Under the pieces are notes generated by a model that was not told where the DNA came from, did no database searches, and was given only the letters and a program-made list of their open reading frames with translations. From assembly GCA_951406725.2 (NCBI GenBank), contig OX597836.1, positions 2,852,001 through 2,916,000 of the forward strand: a DNA stretch of 64,000 nt, read 5' to 3'. Shown here one piece after another: positions 55,371 through 64,000 of this stretch. Source of the stretch: Octopus vulgaris. Its lineage: Eukaryota. How positions within the stretch are numbered: the first letter of the stretch is position 1; each line of letters begins with the position of its first letter. The position numbers and the translations under genes are program-made.

Positions 55371-56713
55371 GCAGAACATACGCGTAGATGTAAAGGAATG
55401 CATGAGCAGTGTAAATCTTGATGTTAGTTACATTGTCTCAAAGCAATTTAATTTAAAATTCTTTGTGTGTGTGTGTGTCAGATAATTCTGGAAATAGTAA
55501 ACAGATTTCCCTGTGTTTCCACTTTATGAATTCATTTGGTTCAATTTACTGAATCGTTTCGGTACTATTTTAGTGCAAATGTATCACAGCTACCGGCCTG
55601 TTTTTGTCTCTCGAATTCTACTCCCAGGGCTTTTCTCTAACTTAACAATAGCAAAATACATTTCTCCCGGACGCTAAGTCGGGGGATGGTATGTGGAATA
55701 TCGAAACTAAGAAGCAAACGTTTTAACCCCTTAGCACTAAAATATTCACGGTGACCATTTGGCCATAGTCTTCATTTATATTAATGCTTCCAAATCATGT
55801 TCTCTCTCCACAATTTCATTCGATTTGTTGATTTTTTTCTGAGATGTTGGACCGTCTACAATTACAAACGTATAAAAGAGCATATCCAATTTTCATTTCT
55901 ACGTTTATGTTACCTATGCATCTATAACTAGTCAGGACAGTATTTCTGTTGTCTATGTTCCCGTATCTGCACGAAATGGAAAATAAGAACGGATTACAGA
56001 CAGGAAGGTCATCGTAATATTTATGGGTCGTATGATGTATAGGGAGGTTTATACAAGATACAACGTCCGTTTGGAACGATTGTCGTTAGATACAGAAGTG
56101 TTTCGTTTGTTATTTCCCAATTTAGTTGAGTGAAAATGCAGAAAGACACAACAATAATTCTTCCGAATAAACCAAACAATCATAGAAAGAGAAAGCCCGA
56201 AATTTCGTTATGGTTCGCATATATTTCATCATATTTATGCTAGATCGAAATCTATCTGTGGCTAAATCATTGTTTATGTTCTTGTACCACTGTCGATAAT
56301 ATGTCTAAGAACAAAAGGAAACCGGCAACATGAACAACAACAACAACAACAACAACAACAGCTACGACAGTAGCTATGGCTTGAACCGAATTAAATATTT
56401 CCACCACCCACACCTATTATAACAAAACAACCATTATCATCAATTCTGTCACTTTTTTTTTTATAGATATAAACGGACATTTGTATGTATCACTGTCTGA
56501 TATACATTCAGACACACATGCATACACACACACATGCACACACACACACACACGCACATGCATACACACACACAAACCACAAAACACACATTCAGACACA
56601 AACACATATATGTACATAAATATATATATATATAGAGAGAGAGAGGGGGAGAGGGAGAGTAAATATATACATAAAATTTCTCGTATATATAATATGTTAT
56701 ACGCATACATATG

Positions 56714-56747
<34 letters not shown>

Positions 56748-57310
56748 CATGTATATGTATATATGTATGTGTTCGAGTTAGTCTATAAAAAAGAAGCAAA
56801 TGTTTACAGTCACATACACAAAAAACACACCCACGCACAAATATATATAGACACACACATATAAATTCCTGTATATATGTTATACGCGTATATATACATA
56901 TATAGGTGAAAATATATTTCTTTTTCTCTTTCTCTCTCTCTCATTTTTTTTCTCTCTCTCTCTCTCTTTCTCTCACTACACATATATGTTAGTATGTATT
57001 TATACGTCTATGTATATAAAATTAGTAATCTAAATCGTGTAACGAACTTTCAAAACAGGAAAGAAAAAGTAAAATCGGAATAAAACTAAATCACTTTGAA
57101 GTGATCAGAAAATATTCAATATAAATTTCTAAGAGTGATATAAAAATTTTGTCAGCACAATTTATGACAGAAATGTTTGTGGTTTTATTAACCCGTTTTT
57201 AATTATCTTTGCAACTATTTATCGTCTGTTTTTTCTAATGTTCACTATGCATTTATCTCCTAATGGAAACTAATATGGACATACATATTATACTATATAC
57301 ATATATACAT

Positions 57311-57342
<32 letters not shown>

Positions 57343-57351
57343 CTTCCATAC

Positions 57352-57415
<64 letters not shown>

Positions 57416-57448
57416 TTGATATATACATAAGTATATATATATATATAA

Positions 57449-57500
<52 letters not shown>

Positions 57501-57527
57501 TTTTTGATATGTATATATGTATATATA

Positions 57528-57593
<66 letters not shown>

Positions 57594-58379
57594 TAAGTGT
57601 GAATGTGTGTATTTATGTGTAGCCGCTTTGTATTCATACACATGCGAAAACAAACGCACAGACACACATACATATATAAAACACAGTCTAACTTTAATTA
57701 CGTAAAGATATTCATTAGCTCGCAGCTGTTTTGGCTACAAATAGGAATTTCTTCACCCAGAATTGAGTGTTAATGTGTCACCTTAAAGAATCAGCAGAGA
57801 TTTCATGAAGTATTATGAACAGCCACCACTTTTATTTACTAGATATTGGTCCTGGTATGCCAAAACACCAATGTGTATGTGTGTCTGTACTTTTATGCGT
57901 GTGCGTGTTTGTGTTTGTCCGTGTGTGCATACATGTGTGTTTGTGTACATGCGTGGTGTGTGTACTCACTGTTATTAGACAAAAGAACACATTCTACTTT
58001 GAGCGGTTTTAGGAATACTGTCATAGATGTGACTACAAGAGAAAAAGAAATTTGGTTCTTATGTAAAAAATAAAAGAGAAAACCTAGAACGACTCTGAGA
58101 TAATTTAAGGAAACTAAAACGTCTCCATACTCGATTAGATTTCCTGTTTAATAGCGACAATATTATAGAAATGGCCTCAACAGTATCATACATGTTTCAC
58201 ACTTATTAAGTCTTATCTATTGTTTTCACAGTCGTGTAGTAAGCAAGAGAATATTGTTTTACAAATAGAAACAGTTAAAACAAGATTGATATAATTAAAT
58301 TGTATAAGTCATTAATTAATAATTTCTGTTACTATTAAACCTCTTACGTATGCGAAGACTATGCAGAATTTTCACTGCA

Positions 58380-58560
58380 GCAGATAAAATGTTTAGCGGC
58401 ATTTCGTTGGTCTGTATGTTCTGATTCAATGCTGCCGAGATCGACTTTGCCTTACATCCTTTTGAAATCGATAATATATGTAACGTTTGAATAATAGGAT
58501 CAATATAATCGAATTAAGCTCTCCCATAAAATTGATAACCTTGTGACAAAATTTGAAAGC
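58380..58560 (+). mobile_element. SINE family A, degraded
   Basis: gccgagatcgactttgccttacatccttttgaaatcgataa. Confidence 0.7.
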
Positions 58561-58804
58561 ATTAAAACTTTATATTCTTTTATTCATTTATTTGTTTCAG
58601 CCATTTGACTGCAGCCATGCTGGAGAACCGCATTCAGTCGAACAAATCGACACCAGGAATTATTTTTTGTAAGCCTAGTACTTATTGTATCGGGTGTTTT
58701 GCTGAACCGCTGAGTTATGTGGACGTAAGCACGCCAACATCGGTTGTCAAACGATGGTGGCAGGACAAACACAGACACACAAACATATACAAACACATCT
58801 ATAT

Positions 58805-58836
<32 letters not shown>

Positions 58837-58855
58837 ATATATGTATATATATAAA

Positions 58856-58941
<86 letters not shown>

Positions 58942-59120
58942 AATAAACATTAGGGAATAAAACCAAAATTACAGGGAAAAAAATCAGATTTAGGATGAAA
59001 TCCAATTTTATAGTAAAATATTATATAATATTAATTCGAGACAAAACCACTATTTTGCAAATCAAACAAGGAAAGACTTAATCAATACATAAAAAATTTT
59101 AATATAAAGTAAATAAATCG

Positions 59121-59164
59121 CCACTACAATTGTTTCATGTCTTCAAATGACATTCATCAGGTGG
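59121..59164 (-). ncRNA. Minimal type-I hammerhead ribozyme, H1 (minus copy)
   Basis: CCAC CTGATGA ATGTC atttgaa GACAT GAAAC aatt GTA GTGG. Confidence 0.9.
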
Positions 59165-59239
59165 ATTTCCGATCATCTAGTCAGTTTTAATTTATGAATT
59201 AAAACTTCATAAATTAAAACTGACTAGAAGATCGGAAAT

Positions 59240-59283
59240 CCACCTGATGAATGTCATTTGAAGACATGAAACAATTGTAGTGG
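59240..59283 (+). ncRNA. Minimal type-I hammerhead ribozyme, H1 (plus copy)
   Basis: Same motif on the plus strand; predicted cleavage after GUA at 59279. Confidence 0.9.
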
Positions 59284-59369
59284 CGATTTATTTACTTTAT
59301 ATTAAAATTTTTTATGTATTGATTAAGTCTTTCCTTGTTTGATTTGCAAAATAGTGGTTTTGTCTCGAA

Positions 59370-59434
<65 letters not shown>

Positions 59435-60385
59435 GAAGGGATTCTTTCACACACCGTCGACCAAATCCACTCACAAAGCATTGGTCGGCCCGAGGGTATA
59501 GTAGAAAACACTTGCCCAAGGTGCCACACCGTGGGACTGAACCCGCAACCATATGCAGTGAGATTGATTCAGCAATCGTGTGTGCTAGAAGCAAAGTTCT
59601 TTTCATGCATCTACTGCTGCGCCTGCACTTCATACTTTCCACCATCGTAACTCTTCAAACATTGTACAGCTAAACCGAAAACTCTTGTACACTCGAAAAA
59701 AAACCCTACTTGTTATATTGTAGAACCGTACATCATTAACCCCAATATATTCGCATCGCTGAAAGCGCAGCTGAGACGACTTTTATATGAGCACAAACAC
59801 ATGAGACACAATGTATCCGGGATTACATGCTATGTTTTTTTTAATAATAATAATAATGTTTGTGTATGCAAATGGTTACTGCTTGCATTATTCGGTGCGA
59901 AGATTAGATGAATTTAGATTTATTTTATTTTATTAACTTCTGTATCTAGTAAATAAATAGTAATTGGAACTTAAATTCAAAGTATGCTTTAATCCCCTAG
60001 CTTTATCAACCGTAGGAGTACTCCCTATGTACACACAACATGTGGAAAACTGTTTATATTGCATATGTGAGATGCACTGATCGGAATATGATACAGTTTA
60101 CGAATGCCTCGCGGACTTGCTGCGTTAACAACTGTACTACGTCGCAGATATAGCATGTATTTAAAAAGACTTACTTCCTCCTTTGATAAGACGGATACAG
60201 CTTTCAAATCGGAGTAACATATCTCATGTAAATTGAAATTCATTATAAATATTAATCTTACTTTCAAAGGTATTTTGCTTCCAAATCCATATAAGGGATT
60301 AATTTCTTTTATCTCTGTTTTAGGATACTGAGCTCTGTGCACCGTCTATAATACATAATCATGTATAGAAAGACACATTAAGGAT

Positions 60386-60472
<87 letters not shown>

Positions 60473-60574
60473 GTATGTATATGTCTCTATACATACATAA
60501 ATATATATACACATACACACATATATATATGTACATATATGAAATATAAATATATATTCCTCCATATTCGTATA

Positions 60575-60628
<54 letters not shown>

Positions 60629-61459
60629 TGATATATCTATCTATCAATATATACATATATATTCACATATATATATGTATATACATGTATGTGTGTGTAT
60701 GTGTGACGGTACCTGCGTGCATGCATGTGTGTTGTCTAATTATGATTACATTATGATTATGATAAGAAATAAATTTAATTATGATGAATAAAGAAAATAT
60801 ATAAGTCGGAACTCAGATGGAGAGACAAAATAAAATGAAAGAGAGATAGAAAGAGAGTAGATTTAATTGGTGAAACTGTCCATGGTTTTCACTCTTTCAT
60901 TACCTGATAATAAATGCAAGTTTTAATTAGAATTCTGGAATAATTCTAATCTATGCTGTAAAACCTCATTATAAATGCTGTTGTATTTCCTAATATCTAG
61001 ATTTGCCGTTTCTGTACATGTTGTCGTATTTCGTAATATGTTGTTGGATGTTCAGATATTTGTTTAAACCTAAACCGAAATCAATCAAAAGGATATAAGA
61101 TCAAAGGTTGTGTAACAGTGACTATTCTCTATCTTGTTCTCTTTCTTAATGTTGCTAGTTAAACGTTGGTGGTCAAACCTGCCTGTTCATAGCAATCATA
61201 GAAATACTGCTCTTACCTTCACTCCCTTGTAGTTGCTTCAACCAGTTTAAATAAACAAATTTAAATAAACATACCTATACACTATGCCATTCCAGCCATG
61301 AATGTCCTTTATTACTATCAGATATCTGGGGTCTAACTTTATATGCTGTATTGTTCCTCATTTAAACGGATGTGTGCGAGTTTAAAAAGACATCGGTCCA
61401 ATGTTCAGCCAATCATGTGGCCATATAGAACACTTCTCGATTTATTAGGCCTATAACTC

Positions 61460-61990
61460 TATAAATTTGCTAGCGATATTCGCTCTACAGACTGGTCTTG
61501 TTGGTGATCCTGCTGCAGGGTCTTTGGTTACTTTATGATCGTTGCGAAGTCCATACAGTGCCGGAATATCATTGTTCAAGGCTTGGAAATTGTTAGCTGT
61601 GCGTTCTTGGGTCCCAAAACAATTGTCCACATCATCTTGTGGGCGTTGAGAACCTTTTCTCTCTCCTCATGCGCCTGTAAAGTTGTTACTTTCGTTTTGG
61701 CGATAGGATGTTGCATTGCTTGGATCTAGTTCGGTAAGCTGTCTATTGACATCCTGTCGGACATATCTGTGAAAAGGCTACCACCTCTCCGTTCCTCGTG
61801 CGCTGAATGAGCTTACGTAAGCCACATGCAGGTTTAATCCCAAGTTTTTGGGCCTCTGTCTTATTCTGTCTCTGTCTCTTAGTGTATAGTTCTAAAATCT
61901 GTCTAAGTCTGGTCCTAGCTATAGTGAACTGTGCTTCGATAGTATGTCTTGGAATGCAGACCCTTATGTTAAAGGGTAATGTTGTCGGGT
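61460..61990 (-). pseudogene. Penelope-like element ORF fragment: N-terminal domain and RT motifs 1-2
   Basis: Frameshifted minus strand: NKTEAQKLGI...RKLIQRTRNGEVVAF/TDMSDRMSID (cf. DKG/TDKSG motif)...DIPALYGLRNDHK (61532-61567; cf. P-x-LYGL-x-K-x-HK)...GSPTRPVC (cf. P-x-RPIV). Confidence 0.8.
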
Positions 61991-62402
61991 AAATCCGGCT
62001 CATGTTGTAAGATTTGTTAGATATGTTGAGGAATTGAGTGTCAAATATAAACAAAACTGAAAACATAATAAAATAAAAATACACAGATAAATAAACAAAT
62101 CGAAGTAAATAACTATATACATTAAAATCTTTTTTATTATTATTATTATACATACATACATAAATAAGTGGGTGTAAACACATGAGCAAAATAAGAATAA
62201 ACAAACAAAAACAAATTACACGAACGTATATAAAGAGGAGATACAAATATTACAGGCATTTCCCCCCAAAACACACACTAACTAAACATAGGCGCACATA
62301 GAGATATACGCATGCGCAAATGAAGACACGTACAATAGAAATACAAAATGCCTGACGATTAGTAAGGAGAGACACACAAATAAGAAAGAAGAAAGCAAAG
62401 GA

Positions 62403-62442
62403 CCACTGATGAGGTCACAGGAGTGTTACGAAAGAACTCTGG
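62403..62442 (+). ncRNA. Minimal hammerhead motif, family H6
   Basis: CCA CTGATGA GgtCAC agga GTGttaC GAAAG aa CTC TGG: perfect core, stem I CCA/TGG, CUC site. Confidence 0.72.
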
Positions 62443-63549
62443 CGGAAATAAGATTAAGATTAATGTAAAAACTAAATAACGCTGAAGCAAAGTAACACCA
62501 AATATATAGTGCGTGTGTTTTTATTGGCTAAACTGGCAAAATGACCATTCCTAAATACAAGAATAACTGGTTTATTGCTTGCATCTAAGCTTTTTTAAAA
62601 TTCCATTTAACCAAATGGTTCCACTTCATCCCATTTCGTTGTTTCATTGCACCTGCTTAGACAAAGACAATGAATGTGTGGAGAGCGTCCGTTTGTCATA
62701 CACTGGCAAGCATATTGTTATTTCAAGCGATCTATCACACAGCAGAAAGAAACACTTTTTCCATAATGTTAAGTATTTGTAGCGATGGCAGCGAAAGTCG
62801 GACATTTCAAATTGTTCTTTTTATGACTGTTAGCTAACCATCCGGTCATATTAGTTTATCTGTTTCTTTCTTCGTTAATTTCTTTGTCTTTGGTGTATTT
62901 CTTTTTTCTTCTTTTTGTATTCGTTCTCTTTTCCTCATTTTTTAAACATTTCAGTTTATCATAGTCACCAGGGAAACCAAAACAAAAAAAAAAATGATAA
63001 AAGAAAAACAAAAAAAAAACACTAATAACTCATGAAATTCATTAACTTCTTTATATATTATACAGAAATGTTACTAATTTTTCTAAGAGGGAAAAATTAC
63101 GCACAAATACAATAAACGTTAATCAATAACTAAAACGGAACAAAAATATCGGTATTAATTATAATTTTTCTCTCTTCCAATTTTCTAAATACTTTTTTTT
63201 TTCAGCATTGCGTTAATTCTTCGAAAAAATCTTATTTATTTATTCATCCATTCAGTTATTTATTCATTTATTTAGTAAGTTAGTTACGTGACTGGTGGAT
63301 TGGAAGCAGAAACTCAAAAATATCTGAAACTAGTTTCAATATAGTTTTGAAGACTCTCTAACAATGAATAAGGATGTTTCCTTTGCACACCGTCTGTCTT
63401 TATTCATTAAGAAGATACAGCGTCATGGCTGTAAATATACAGAAATACGATATAAATAAACATACACACACACACACAAACATATGCGTGTATATGTGAT
63501 CAGTGATTCTCACTTCGTTAGTGTATAGTCGAGATATTAGATGTTTGAG

Positions 63550-63580
<31 letters not shown>

Positions 63581-63584
63581 CACC

Positions 63585-63702
63585 GTCATCAACGTGACCG
63601 ACCAGGCTATCAGATGTTGCTACACATCGCTGGTCACAATGCACTTCGCATTGTTTTAGCCTTCAAATGACGCCACCCCTCTGGCTAAGTGAGCAGGCCA
63701 AT
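63585..63702 (+). mobile_element. Short GC-balanced island in (TA)n, probable retroelement 3' tail
   Basis: Non-repetitive 120-bp insert between (TA)n tracts. The assignment is from recall of octopus repeats only. Confidence 0.3.
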
Positions 63703-63726
63703 ATATATTTATATATACATATATAT

Positions 63727-63925
63727 AGGGAGAGTTTACGAAAAAAACAAAAGACAAAGACAGGTGGTGTACAAAACAAACAGATGTATTAGTATAATGC
63801 TCAGGAATAGAAAAAGTATTTTACGTTTCGAGCCTACGCTCTTCTACAGAAAGGGACACAGAGAAAAAGAAGGAGAGAAACAAGGAGAGAAAAAAGAGAG
63901 AAAGAAGGAGAGAAAAATATGAGTC
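63727..63925 (-). mobile_element. H2 repeat
   Basis: Near-identical to the reverse complement of 28500-28668; ends ctccc-(TA)n. Confidence 0.8.
63818..63853 (-). ncRNA. Minimal hammerhead motif, H2 (A6U)
   Basis: CTTT CTGTAGA A GAGC gtag GCTC GAAAC GTA AAAT. Confidence 0.7.
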
Positions 63926-64000
63926 TAGTGGCTAACGATATATCATATATATATGTAGATGTGTATTTGTGATTATAAATGCATGTTTACATACGTGACT

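Larger units (their letters stand above)
58927..59376 (-). mobile_element. Fold-back hammerhead element, family H1
   Basis: 171-bp arms 59028-59198 and 59206-59376 with one mismatch seen and a 7-nt loop. The left arm has ~100 extra bp; (TA)n on both sides. Confidence 0.9.
58575..59555 (-). mobile_element. SINE family B split by a nested H1 element (tail 58575-58790, head 59432-59555)
   Basis: Both halves are on the minus strand and in the correct order around the SINE's internal microsatellite, which now contains 58927-59376. Confidence 0.8.

Overview
AT-rich, microsatellite-saturated animal DNA with no recognisable host protein-coding exon. Nearly all ORFs in the track are translations of (TA)n, (CA)n, (TATC)n, (GGT)n, (CAT)n or (ATT)n repeats. 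The SINE families and the extreme (TA)n load suggest an octopus (coleoid cephalopod) genome; this is an inference. The window holds about 20 tRNA-derived SINE copies of three families, decayed LINE fragments, and two decayed Penelope-like element (PLE) coding fragments: an RT N-terminus at ~61.5-62 kb and a thumb plus GIY-YIG at ~38.6-39.1 kb. The main signal is about 20 minimal type-I hammerhead ribozyme motifs from at least six sequence families. They show compensatory stem changes, core variants (U3/A8, A6U/C, an extra base after A9) and mostly palindromic stem III, often with no loop. They sit in short PLE terminal-repeat (pLTR)-like elements, several as fold-back palindromes, and their 3' ends nearly all run into (TA)n tracts. 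A second unusual feature is a 2.35-kb patchwork inverted repeat (37.8-40.1 kb) centred on the GIY-YIG fragment, where perfectly identical blocks alternate with unrelated sequence. All motifs were read by eye; none has been tested computationally or biochemically.
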